The notes: generated by a model not told the origin, from the sequence alone. A stretch of DNA of 64,000 nt from Anaerohalosphaeraceae bacterium (GCA_963675525.2 CAXXSL010000013.1:192001-256000); one strand, 5' to 3'. Shown: positions 50,001-59,073, counted from the stretch's first letter. Translations and numbers: made by a program.

Positions 50001-50448
50001 CAGCAGGAACCATTTGATTATTTATTGTGAGAGACTGATTAGTCGTTAAGCCAATGATTGCTGCAACGGAATCATACTGAAATTCAAAATAAATGTCACC
50101 GATGCCGGTAAGGTCGGAAGTTTGAATGTTAACTGTCTCTTTTTGAAGAAGTTGTGACGAAGCGAACGATTTGCCGGCCGGGTCCTCGCATAAAAAAACA
50201 CCGCCGGTAGCTGACAGCGTTAAATCATAACTCGTTTCTGCTGAATCGGAATCGACCAAAGCAATCTCCATTGATTCGTTGCTTTTTAACTCCAGCGGAA
50301 AAACAGCAGGATCGTTCCCATTTACAGTCAAGTCAATACTTCCATAGACCGTTGAACAAACAAGCAAAGTGAAAATAACTGAAAAAAGTGTTGTTCTCTC
50401 CGTCATTTTCCTCCCAAATGGCTTGGTGCTTCTAGTTAAAGCCTTCAT
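47083..50448 (-). CDS. Large secreted protein: parallel beta-helix, dockerin-like repeat and putative clan-CD-like C-terminal domain
   Basis: Signal peptide, LVIEPGT.V / GTLIAKGTPDKPIVFT, VDLGFH, GDWNDDSYVDLADF, LYIDSHG and FFFNDSC. Confidence 0.8.
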   Translation of the reverse strand: MKALTRSTKPFGRKMTERTTLFSVIFTLLVCSTVYGSIDLTVNGNDPAVFPLELKSNESMEIALVDSDSAETSYDLTLSATGGVFLCEDPAGKSFASSQLLQKETVNIQTSDLTGIGDIYFEFQYDSVAAIIGLTTNQSLTINNQMVPADTEIYQLILFDMDDDRVVVFGVNYDSLSYEPPLEEKSTTESLEASSLESLDFDSESMILPPVIEPNEPEPVFLQCPAASSGLMRDEVDSFAEWSQQVAMLEMLDSEPNVYVIDSDITENHVWDANNIYYIVGDPNNWYIVDVNSLLVIEPGTTVIMGYQSGLHVSDGGTLIAKGTPDKPIVFTPDWVFFDCPDNIGYYWQVYGSYGPYYHCPIYVEETASPLTTIQYCMIEGAIGGVITNNIRLSQPIENNYLFGNVWGVYEYGPLLTDVRNNLCFYQDQAAIEIELCPDPNGFADLNHAAKIEHNTCDGYGYTCCGITVHGVADPNSSGIPTIYLTNNIVTSNDNYGLNLVDGAMYALVISTGYFDNDYNKNWEFDEYNPVVTETNPYYPYILDPYQHHYLIDDADFVDAGLQYIERSKLIGTKTNADNVPDKDIVDLGFHHSMWDYVGGEGIAGTDIDDLIEISDYWLEYSPFEPNSPGYINPNLYIYDPNHPELWIDPNFVTFGGDWNDDSYVDLADFAIMAQTWKAAPAEPNIIPIISGDPDNGWIEVDADGLTPKIQDVFVFLSGRYVGKIPVLNDERPLEIDISECGSLPQQLKLIAMDYDGHITASHLTDITFPSTLSYCILPDSYETNEPIPFAAYTTEPNVASSINVYADSGILVWSQVFDGNSISGSIPANIATDYGIGTVEFRSNSGANVLKTTTAALPALSTPDPNIIALIVTPYRSLSWRNGSTYNAVKTAFENRGVKYLRLNGKAATYANIAKYAPQLKYLYIDSHGNSAVQDGMNGVLRTFVALADVDCVSAKASDFVGTPPTWCKDPLPGRKETTLKSFVTMGFTDLRFFFNDSCLGAHLTIDSGTGLLMWGGSGEQSLFDFVHNDMSVACGLTNTSESRFYQGWFCESWSRFWPETDFQQFSRQEWEALGNGEELYWAVLEAIWQQDSFGPDDPAYNYRIKGQGDPQNFRIRSNP

Positions 50449-50765
50449 AGTTACCTCCAACTCCCTGATTTTAATGTAAAACTCCAGTTAAAGAACGATT
50501 TTATGCTTATTTTTAAGCCCGTCAAGCTGTTTTTTTACCTGCTTTCTTTTTCAAAATCCGGGCTGCACGGATAAAAGAGTCCCTCTACCTCAATACTCTT
50601 TCAGCAGCCCGGCGTCATTTTTGTTTCCAAAGAATGTCGGGCTGGTACGATGGAAAAAGGGTACGCATACCAGCCCGACGCCGCATGGTGAATGCGGTTT
50701 TGAAGGAGCTTTCATTTTAATTTTCACAGAGCATCTCTATCAGAGCAGCGGGGAGTTTCCAGAAA

Positions 50766-50925
50766 TGAAAAAACTCAAAGGCGCTACTCAATCATGCCCG
50801 CCTGAGGCCCAGCAAGGCCTGTACAGAACACAACAAGTAGCGCCTTTGAGTTCTATTGTGAACACACGAAAAAGGCGCTTTCCCGTCTTACGTCTCTGTA
50901 CGTTGAAATTTGCTGGTTTCAGACG
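50766..50925 (-). ncRNA. C4-antisense-like RNA structure with upstream complementary target
   Basis: Perfect 17-bp stem (50772-50788/50836-50852). Its loop has 7-mers complementary to 50895-50901 and 50910-50916. Upstream promoter TTGACT-N18-TATGAT (50995-50966). Confidence 0.55.
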
Positions 50926-51018
50926 AAACGCTGACAGTTCAGCTAACTATCAATTGTCGAATACCATCATAAATAAACAGCATACAAAAAGTCAAGCAAA
51001 AAATGGAATTCCGCAGGA

Positions 51019-52824
51019 TCAGTCTTTGCCGGTTACGTAAACCGCCTGTGAGGCGAAGAGGTTGGGGAGTATTCGCAGGGGCAGGGTTGTATGCTTGCCC
51101 AGCGGGATCTTGCGGTCGATCCGGATGCCCAGTTCGGCGCAGAAGTTTTCATAGTCGGCCAGCGACAGGAAATGGATGTTCGGCGAGTTGTACCATGTGA
51201 ACGGCAGTTGTTTTGTCTGCGGGGCCTTGCCGGAAAACAGCATCTGCAGGCGGCAGCGCCAGTGCGCAAAGTTCGGGAAGCTGACGATCACTTTTTTGGC
51301 GACGCGATGCAGTTCGCCAATGACGCGCTGCGGCTCTTTCAGCGTCTGAATGGTCTGCGAGAGAATCGCATAGTCAAACGTATCGTTGGGGTACATCTCC
51401 AAACCGCGTTCGATGTCACGATGCACCACGGAGACGCCGCACTGGGTACAATGAATCACAAGATTCTCGTCCAGCTCGATGCCTTCGGCAATAACATTTT
51501 TGTCCTGACTGAGGCGACAGATCAGTTCGCCGTCGCCGCACCCCAGATCCAGGATGCGGGCATTCGGGTCGATCAGCGACTCGATCAGTTGGTAGTCCAC
51601 GCGCAGCCGCTTGGCATGATCGTGTTGATCCTTTTTTGAGGCACTGACGCATTTTTCGGGCAGGGTCCGCAGCGATGTTCGGACCTGGTGCCAGGTTGCC
51701 CCCAGAAAGCCGCCGATCAGACGCCCCAGCTTATGGGCTTCCAGTAAAAAAGCATCGTGGCCGTAAGTGGACTCAATATTGCAGTAGGTCACATCTTTAC
51801 CCTCGGCGCCCAATGCGTTGACGATCTCCTCGGACTGGGCGGGTGTAAACAGCCAGTCGCTGGATACGCTGACGACCAGGAACCGGCAGTTTGTGTTGGA
51901 AAAGGCCTGCCGGAGCGAGCCGTATTCCCGGTGCAGGTCAAAATAGTCCATGGCTTTGGAAAGGTACAGGTAGCAGTTGGCGTCAAACCGCTCGATAAAT
52001 GTCTGGCTCTGGTAGTCCAGATAGGTCTCGACCGAGAACTCAGAATCAAACTCATAATTATAGTCGTTGGACGCGCGTAATTCTCTGCCGAATTTTGCCC
52101 GCATCGACTCTTCGGAAAGATAGGTAATATGCCCGATCATCCGGGCAATACCCAGACCGCGATCAGGGCCTTGTTTGCCATGATACTGGCCGCCGTTAAA
52201 ATTGGCATCGGCCAGGATCGCATTTCGCCCGACGGCATCAAATGCGACGGACTGGGCATTCAGACGGGTGGTGGATGCGATACACAACGCCGCATCAAGA
52301 AAATCCGGAAAGGAAACGGCCCACTGAAGCACCTGCATCCCGCCCATGGACCCGCCGATCGCCCCGAGTATATGGGTAATGCCCAGCTTCTCGAGCAGAA
52401 GCTTCTGGACGCGAACGATGTCTTCAATGGTAATGATCGGAAAATCCAGACCGTAGGGCTTGCCGGCAGCGGGATTGACATCCGATGGGCCGGTGGTCCC
52501 GCTGCATCCGCCCAGAAAATTCGAACAGATCACAAAATAATGATCCGTATCGATCGGCTTGCCGGGACCGACCATGATATCCCACCAGCCCGGCTTGGTT
52601 TCGTCGGCACTGTTGTAGCCGGCCACATGGGCATTGCCGCTGAGGGCATGGCAGATCAGAACGACATTATCTTTGGCCTCGTTCAACGCGCCGTAGGTCT
52701 CATAGGCCACATCGATCGGCCCCAGTGTCTTGCCGCACTTTAAGCTCAGCGGATTATCCGCCTCAACAACACGCAGGGTTTGTGTCTGTACAATACCAAC
52801 CGAATTTTTTGTATCATGCGTCAT
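51019..52824 (-). CDS. metX: Homoserine O-acetyltransferase fused to MetW-like methyltransferase
   Basis: CHALSG, GGCSGTTGP, GGSMGGMQ, FDAN.Y, DWLF, GHDAFL, then LDLGCGDG, LSQT.Q, VSFPNFAHW, W..SPNIH. Confidence 0.95.
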   Translation of the reverse strand: MTHDTKNSVGIVQTQTLRVVEADNPLSLKCGKTLGPIDVAYETYGALNEAKDNVVLICHALSGNAHVAGYNSADETKPGWWDIMVGPGKPIDTDHYFVICSNFLGGCSGTTGPSDVNPAAGKPYGLDFPIITIEDIVRVQKLLLEKLGITHILGAIGGSMGGMQVLQWAVSFPDFLDAALCIASTTRLNAQSVAFDAVGRNAILADANFNGGQYHGKQGPDRGLGIARMIGHITYLSEESMRAKFGRELRASNDYNYEFDSEFSVETYLDYQSQTFIERFDANCYLYLSKAMDYFDLHREYGSLRQAFSNTNCRFLVVSVSSDWLFTPAQSEEIVNALGAEGKDVTYCNIESTYGHDAFLLEAHKLGRLIGGFLGATWHQVRTSLRTLPEKCVSASKKDQHDHAKRLRVDYQLIESLIDPNARILDLGCGDGELICRLSQDKNVIAEGIELDENLVIHCTQCGVSVVHRDIERGLEMYPNDTFDYAILSQTIQTLKEPQRVIGELHRVAKKVIVSFPNFAHWRCRLQMLFSGKAPQTKQLPFTWYNSPNIHFLSLADYENFCAELGIRIDRKIPLGKHTTLPLRILPNLFASQAVYVTGKD

Positions 52825-52877
52825 CTGTATTCAGTATAGCCCGAACGGGGTTAACCTGCAATGTCACTCTTCCGATA

Positions 52878-53552
52878 TTATTCGGAACGATCTCCCAGAA
52901 CCGCTTTCTTGAATTCCCCGAAGCCCATCTCGTCGATCAGTGCACCAAGCCGGCGATGTTTCTTTTCGCCTTTAGCCTGATAAAGCTTGACAACCTTATC
53001 GACGATCGCCAGGGCTTCTTCAATCGAAACATCGCGAATCAGTTCCTGAGCCAGCCGAGGCCGGGCACCGCCGTTGCCTCCAACCTGCACCATCCAGCCT
53101 TTGGCCGTCCCCATCAGGGCCACATCCTTGATACAATTTTCCGCGCATTGATTCGGACAGCCCGAAACACCGATCTTAAATTTTCCCGGCAGTTCCAGAC
53201 CGTGATATTTTTCATCCAACAACATTCCAATGCCAAGGCTGTCCTGCTGACCGCGCTTGCAGAAGGTCGTTCCCGGGCAGGCCTTGACCGAACGGACACA
53301 CAACCCCACCGCCGCACCCGGCGACATGTCCAGATCCTGCCAGACCGCATCCACCTGTTCTTCCTTAAGTCCCACCAAAGCGATCCGGGCCGCACCGGTT
53401 ATCTTCAGCGCCGCGATATTGTATTTATCTGCCACATCGGCAATCTTCCGCAGTGTCTGGGGCGCAACCACCCCGCACGGCAGATGCGGCGCAACTGCAT
53501 AGGTCTGTTTGTCCCGTTGAATAATGACGCCTTTTTCCCCGTCCTGAAGCAT
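52878..53552 (-). CDS. Stand-alone nitrite/sulfite reductase-like siroheme/4Fe-4S domain protein
   Basis: LRKIADVA.KY....LKIT..RI, VKACPG..FC, KFKIGVSGCPNQC. Confidence 0.85.
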   Translation of the reverse strand: MLQDGEKGVIIQRDKQTYAVAPHLPCGVVAPQTLRKIADVADKYNIAALKITGAARIALVGLKEEQVDAVWQDLDMSPGAAVGLCVRSVKACPGTTFCKRGQQDSLGIGMLLDEKYHGLELPGKFKIGVSGCPNQCAENCIKDVALMGTAKGWMVQVGGNGGARPRLAQELIRDVSIEEALAIVDKVVKLYQAKGEKKHRRLGALIDEMGFGEFKKAVLGDRSE

Positions 53553-53797
53553 AAGATATCCCTTGAGTCTATTTTGAATTTAGTTTCTTTCGCCTATTCT
53601 AAAAAAACCGGACAAAAAGACAATTGTTTTTTAACATAAACCGAAAATGTACGGACCCATTCGTTGAGTTTATCGTATAGTGTTAGACAGGACAAATAAT
53701 CGAATCTGCTCACTGATGTGAAAAAATGGTGATTTTTATAATTTTTCTGTGCATTATTGCGTGAATATGCTAAATTCGAGATTGAAAGAGGTATGAT

Positions 53798-53983
53798 ATG
53801 TCTGACGAAAAAATGCCGCATCCGGGCCATGATAAGCACTTATGCTATTTGAATAATCTCCGGTTTCAGGAAAGCAATCCGGAAGACTATAAAGCACTGA
53901 TCAAAAACTCTGAATTTTATTGTCAAAATTGCGGCCGTTCCGCCGCCAGTTCTAAAAATCTATGCAAACCGGCAAAACTTTAA
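53798..53983 (+). CDS. Small Cys-rich metal-binding protein
   Basis: HLC...F.CQNCGR.A....LC.P; SD AGAGG. Confidence 0.8.
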   Translation: MSDEKMPHPGHDKHLCYLNNLRFQESNPEDYKALIKNSEFYCQNCGRSAASSKNLCKPAKL

Positions 53984-54038
53984 ACGCCGATTGAATGCAC
54001 TGGTCTCTTTAAAATAATGATGCTGAGGAGTTTTATAG

Positions 54039-56564
54039 ATGGACCGTAAGAATCCGGCTACAACCCCGTATATCAATACCATCCCCGCCGAAGATCAGGG
54101 ACCCTATCCCGGGCGAAGGGAGATCGAGCATCGCATCAAAAGCATCCTCCGCTGGAACGCAATGGCAATGGTTGTCAGAGCTAACCGGGACGAAAGCGGC
54201 ATCGGCGGGCATATCTCCTCTTATGCTTCGGCCGCAACGCTTTATGAAGTCGGGTTCAACCATTTTTTCCGCGCAAGGACCGAGGAACACGAAGGCGATG
54301 TCATTTATTTTCAGGGCCATTGTGCCCCCGGCATTTACGCCCGTGCATTTTTGGAAGGCCGGCTGAGCGGTTTCGATCTGACCAATTTCAGACGGGAACT
54401 CAGTCCCGACGGCGGACTGCCCTCCTATCCGCACCCCCGGCTGATGCCGGAATTTTGGCAGTTTCCTACGGTGTCCATGGGTTTGGGCCCCCTTATGGCG
54501 ATCTATCAAGCCCGTTTTGCACGTTATCTTGAAAATCGAGGCCTCAAAAAACCGTCCGACCAGAAGATCTGGGCCTTTTTGGGCGATGGGGAAATGGACG
54601 AACCCGAAAGTATGGGTGCTATCGGCGTAGCCGGACGGGAAAAGCTGGACAACCTTATCTTTGTGATCAACTGCAACCTGCAGCGGTTGGATGGCCCGGT
54701 TCGCGGAAACAGCAAGATTGTTCAGGAATTTGAAGCGGCATTTACCGCTGCGGGCTGGAATGTCATCAAAGTATTATGGGGTTCGGACTGGGACCGTTTA
54801 TTGGAAAAGGATAAGGACGGGTTGCTCGTCAAACGACTGGAAGAAGTCGTTGACGGTCAGTTTCAAAAGTATGCCGTTTCCAGCGGTGATTATATCCGCA
54901 AGGACTTTTTCGGAACCGATCCCCAACTGCTGGAGTTGGTGAAAAACTACTCCGATGAACAACTTGAAAAACTCAACCGCGGCGGACATGACCCGCTGAA
55001 GGTTTATGCCGCTTACAAAGCCGCCGTCGAAAACACCGACGGCCCCACTCTCATTTTGCCCCAAACCATCAAAGGATACGGAATGGGCGAAGCGGGCGAA
55101 GGAAGAAATATTACCCACCAGCAGAAAAAACTCAACGAAGACGAACTGCTGACCTTCCGAACACGATTTGGGATCCCCGTTCCGGATTATGAAGTTCAGG
55201 AAGCCCCGTTTTATAAACCCATGGCCGAAAGCGAGGAAATGAAATACCTGAGTGCTTGTCGGCAGAAACTGGGAGGTTATGTTCCGCAGCGCATTGTTAA
55301 TGTTGAGCCGATCCAAATGCCCGATGAAACGATCTTTGAAGAGTTTTACAAAGGCTCCGGCGGCCATAAGGCCAGTTCGACAATGGCGGCGGTACGACTG
55401 CTGTCCAAGCTGATGAAAGACCCGCAGATCGGCAAACAGATCGTCCCCATCGTGCCCGATGAGGCCCGTACATTCGGTATGGAGCCGCTTTTTAAACAAG
55501 CCGGTATCTACTCGGCCGCAGGACAGCTTTATGAGCCGGTCGATAAAGAGTTTCTGCTCTTCTACAACGAGAAAAAAGACGGCGTGATCCTCGAAGAAGG
55601 CATCAACGAGCCCGGCTCGATGTCCTCCTTCATCGCCGCGGGCACCGCCTACGCAACCTACGGTATCAACATGATCCCGTTCTACCTGTTCTACTCCATG
55701 TTCGGCTGCCAGCGGATGATCGATCTGATCTGGGCCGCGGGTGATATGATGACCAAAGGATTCCTGCTCGGCGGCATCGCGGGAAGAACAACGCTGGCCG
55801 GCGAAGGCCTCCAGCATCAGGACGGACACAGCCACCATACCTTCCTTTCCGTCCCCCATTTGAAAGCCTATGACCCGGCGTTCGCGTATGAACTGGCCGT
55901 CATCGTCCGGGATGGATTTTCCAGAATGTACCAAAAACAGGAAAATATTTTCTATTACATCACCATGATGAATGAAACGTATGAAATGCCGCCCATGCCG
56001 GAAAACGTCACCGAAGGCATCCTCAAAGGCATGTATAAATACAAGGCCGCAGCAAAACCGGACGCTCCGAACAAGGTCAACCTTTTGGGCAGCGGCACCA
56101 TCTTGAACGAAGTCCTCAAAGCACAGCAGTGGCTCGAATCCGAATTGGACATTGCCGTTGATGTTTTCAGCGTCACCAGCTACAAGGAACTCTACAACGA
56201 CGGCCTTGCGACGGATCGCTATAACCTCTTGCATCCAACTGAACACCCGAAAGCATCTTATATTCAAGACTGTTTCAAGGATGAAAAGGCCGTGTTCGTT
56301 GCCGCCTCGGATTACATGAAGGCGTTGCCCTGTTCGATCGCCAAATGGCTGCCGGGCAGACTCGTTGCATTGGGAACAGACGGATACGGACGGAGTGACG
56401 GTCGCGCTGAACTGCGCAATTATTTTGAGGTGGACGCCCGGTTCATCACGCTGGGTGCACTTCATGCACTGGTATTGGAGGGCCGGCTCGGAAATGAGAT
56501 TTTGACAGAAGCGATCAAACGCATGGATATCGACCCGGAAAAGATCGACCCCTTGTCAGTATGA
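54039..56564 (+). CDS. aceE: Pyruvate dehydrogenase E1, homodimeric type (N-terminally shortened)
   Basis: RWNAMAMV, GGHISS, SYPHPRLMP.FWQFPTVSMGLGP, TPP motif GDGEMDEPES...NCNLQRLDGP, GEGLQHQDG. Confidence 0.96.
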   Translation: MDRKNPATTPYINTIPAEDQGPYPGRREIEHRIKSILRWNAMAMVVRANRDESGIGGHISSYASAATLYEVGFNHFFRARTEEHEGDVIYFQGHCAPGIYARAFLEGRLSGFDLTNFRRELSPDGGLPSYPHPRLMPEFWQFPTVSMGLGPLMAIYQARFARYLENRGLKKPSDQKIWAFLGDGEMDEPESMGAIGVAGREKLDNLIFVINCNLQRLDGPVRGNSKIVQEFEAAFTAAGWNVIKVLWGSDWDRLLEKDKDGLLVKRLEEVVDGQFQKYAVSSGDYIRKDFFGTDPQLLELVKNYSDEQLEKLNRGGHDPLKVYAAYKAAVENTDGPTLILPQTIKGYGMGEAGEGRNITHQQKKLNEDELLTFRTRFGIPVPDYEVQEAPFYKPMAESEEMKYLSACRQKLGGYVPQRIVNVEPIQMPDETIFEEFYKGSGGHKASSTMAAVRLLSKLMKDPQIGKQIVPIVPDEARTFGMEPLFKQAGIYSAAGQLYEPVDKEFLLFYNEKKDGVILEEGINEPGSMSSFIAAGTAYATYGINMIPFYLFYSMFGCQRMIDLIWAAGDMMTKGFLLGGIAGRTTLAGEGLQHQDGHSHHTFLSVPHLKAYDPAFAYELAVIVRDGFSRMYQKQENIFYYITMMNETYEMPPMPENVTEGILKGMYKYKAAAKPDAPNKVNLLGSGTILNEVLKAQQWLESELDIAVDVFSVTSYKELYNDGLATDRYNLLHPTEHPKASYIQDCFKDEKAVFVAASDYMKALPCSIAKWLPGRLVALGTDGYGRSDGRAELRNYFEVDARFITLGALHALVLEGRLGNEILTEAIKRMDIDPEKIDPLSV

Positions 56565-56568
56565 TGAA

Positions 56569-57051
56569 CTAAAACTCGTCCAGATTACTGAATTCGGCAT
56601 CCGCCAGATAGGTTTTCGGCCGGGCCACAAAATCTGCCAGATTTTCAAGAAGCCGAAAATGTTTTTTCTCCTCCACAGCCAACTTCTCAAACAACGCCTT
56701 TTGCTCAGGGCTTTCCACCTGACCGGCCCTGTCCATATAGAAGCTGATACTTTTTTGCTCCAGTTCCATTGCCTCCCGGTAAAGTTTCTCTTCGTCACCG
56801 GACAGGTCGACCTGACCGCCAAAATCCTTCATCTGTTGAAACACATTTTTCGCTGTGTCAAGAACCACCGTATCCTGCATCGCGGGGTTTTCCGATTGTA
56901 CACGGGTAATAATTTCGGCATGTTTCTTCTCGTCGTCTGCCAGCATACTAAGGATGGTCCGAAGCCCTTCATCTGCTGTTTTCGAAGCCATACTCCGGTA
57001 GAATGTTTCCCCGTCATGCTCCATTTGAATCGCGAACTTAAATATATCCAT
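56569..57051 (-). CDS. Rubrerythrin-like ferritin-fold diiron protein
   Basis: AIQME..GE.FY, LADDEKKH, AMELE..S..FY, LAVEEKKH. Confidence 0.9.
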   Translation of the reverse strand: MDIFKFAIQMEHDGETFYRSMASKTADEGLRTILSMLADDEKKHAEIITRVQSENPAMQDTVVLDTAKNVFQQMKDFGGQVDLSGDEEKLYREAMELEQKSISFYMDRAGQVESPEQKALFEKLAVEEKKHFRLLENLADFVARPKTYLADAEFSNLDEF

Positions 57052-57316
57052 TTTCTCGGCCCCTAAAAAAAGATTTATAATTATCTTAATCATTTACAGG
57101 AAAAAGTTCAATTCTTTTCAAAAAAGTTATATTTTATTTCGTTTTCAGCCAAATTCGGGCTTAATTGGAAAATCGTATCCCCAACAAGCTTTCTGCTCAT
57201 ACCGAACCGTTGCGATTACGCATTATTACGTTTTATCCTTTCCCTTTGCGGCCGATTATCATTTTTCTTATAATACTATCTTGCTATTTTCTGCTTAATT
57301 AACTAAAATTGGGCCA

Positions 57317-58606
57317 ATGAAGAAAGATGTCTCACAAAACGTTCGATTAACCGATCTGTTCACAAGGGACCAGTTCAGGCAAATCGAGAAAGCTTTCGGC
57401 CGGCATTTCAAGCTTTCGCTGGAAACCTGTGACGCCGAGGGCAAAGAGATCCGTTCGTTTTGCTCGCCGGGTTGTCACCCGGACTTCTGCAAGCGTGTTC
57501 GCCAGTCGAAATTCGGTTTCCAACGCTGTCGTCAGGACCGATTGCGAAGTCTGAACATCTCCATCGAGACCGGTCAGCCATACATCACGCTTTGTCACGC
57601 GGGAATCGTTCTTGGCTGTGTTCCCATCATGGACGGCGATCTGCCGTTGGGCGGGCTGTTCTTCGGGAAATGCATCTGGGAGCCGTTCGATGAAACACTG
57701 GAAGCGGACGTCCAAAAACGGCTGCGCGGGCTGCAGATTTATCCGCACGAGATTCTCGAAACACTGCTGAAACTTCCGGTTGTTTCAGCTCGGCGGATCC
57801 ACGAAGCCGCCGAATTTCTTTATGTGCTGCTTTACCAGACCGCCGGGCTTGATCCGCAGGTTATTCAGTGGCGCCGGGCACGCTCCCTGCAGCAGTCCCG
57901 GATCAGCGAGGTCATTCATGACACAAAACTGACCGATTCCGGCAATGTGTACCCTTATGAGCTCGAATGTCAGCTCATCGCTAAAGTCAAGATCGGCGAC
58001 CGCACCGGGGCCAAAGAGATCCTTAATTCACTGCTCGGCAAGATCCTGTTTCATAACCCGGGCAATATCAACCTGCTTAAGGGCCGTCTGGTCGAACTGC
58101 TCAGTGTACTCAGCCGGGCCGCGGCCCAGGGCGGTGTGGACATCAACGCCCTGCTGAATAAAAATCTTGAATATATCCATAATGTGCTGGGCATTGATAC
58201 GCAGGAGGATATCTGTGTGTGGATCAGCCATGCACTGGATGATTTTATCGAAAGCGTGTACACCTCGCAGGACGCTAAAAAAATGCGTCAGCTTAAACCG
58301 GCGATCGAATTTATGCAGTACAGTTTCGACCGGCCGCTGACACTGGCCGACATCGCCGCCGTCGCCCACCTGAGCCCATCCCGACTGGCGCATTTGTTCC
58401 GCGAGCAGATGGGCATGACCCTGATCGACTACCTGACCGGCGTCCGCATCAACTACGCCAAGCGATTGCTGCTGACCACCGAAACCAACTGCACGCACAT
58501 CTGCTACGAAGCGGGCTATAACAACCAAAGCTATTTCACCCGCGTCTTTAAGCAGGTCACCGGCATGACCCCCAGCGCTTTCCGCGCACAAAACAAACGA
58601 CCATAA
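57317..58606 (+). CDS. PocR-sensor AraC-family transcriptional regulator
   Basis: FC..VR....G...C and CHAG PocR motifs; C-terminal AraC HTH (LTLADIA, GY.NQSYFTRVFK..TGMTP). Confidence 0.92.
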   Translation: MKKDVSQNVRLTDLFTRDQFRQIEKAFGRHFKLSLETCDAEGKEIRSFCSPGCHPDFCKRVRQSKFGFQRCRQDRLRSLNISIETGQPYITLCHAGIVLGCVPIMDGDLPLGGLFFGKCIWEPFDETLEADVQKRLRGLQIYPHEILETLLKLPVVSARRIHEAAEFLYVLLYQTAGLDPQVIQWRRARSLQQSRISEVIHDTKLTDSGNVYPYELECQLIAKVKIGDRTGAKEILNSLLGKILFHNPGNINLLKGRLVELLSVLSRAAAQGGVDINALLNKNLEYIHNVLGIDTQEDICVWISHALDDFIESVYTSQDAKKMRQLKPAIEFMQYSFDRPLTLADIAAVAHLSPSRLAHLFREQMGMTLIDYLTGVRINYAKRLLLTTETNCTHICYEAGYNNQSYFTRVFKQVTGMTPSAFRAQNKRP

Positions 58607-58689
58607 GCTTTTAGGTTATCTGATTGCGCACAAAAAAACCATGCCGAAATACGGCATGGTTTGTGAAATTTCGACTTAAAGAAGAATGC

Positions 58690-59073
58690 TTACTCCGTTG
58701 CATCCGCAATATCCCCAACACATCCCTTTTCCGCATAATAGGCTTTCAGCATTTTATTACGAGCTTCCAATGCGTCAATTTCAACTTCATAAGAACCTTT
58801 AGAATCCATGAAGAACCAGGGAACAAGGATAAAGCATCCGGCAGCAAACCAAATGCCATTCCAGACATCGCGGTCACCAGCCTTCTTTTGCTTATCAGCA
58901 ATCTCGCCAAGATTCATTTCAACTTCTGATGCTAATATTTCACATGACTTTTTCTCATCGCCCGGCATATACCGCTCAACCGGATTGGCCATGTGACCCC
59001 CACAACCAATGATAAACATTACCATTGTCAGCATCACGCAAACTAAACTTCTAACCATTTTCTGCTTAAACAT
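58690..59073 (-). CDS. Hypothetical lipoprotein
   Basis: Lipobox IIGC and an internal hydrophobic hairpin. Confidence 0.75.
   Translation of the reverse strand: MFKQKMVRSLVCVMLTMVMFIIGCGGHMANPVERYMPGDEKKSCEILASEVEMNLGEIADKQKKAGDRDVWNGIWFAAGCFILVPWFFMDSKGSYEVEIDALEARNKMLKAYYAEKGCVGDIADATE

Noticed and set aside
50621..51040. 139-aa + strand ORF
   Set aside because: No RBS or family features; it overlaps the structured minus-strand RNA region.
52825..53790. SAM riboswitch or T-box upstream of metX
   Set aside because: The intergenic regions are short or AT-rich and lack the conserved cores.
54798..56465. Long antisense ORFs (555 aa here; also 1150-1926, 20994-22088, 29778-30857, 40593-41468, 52725-53639)
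   Set aside because: They are shadow frames opposite well-supported genes, as expected from codon bias, and show no motifs.
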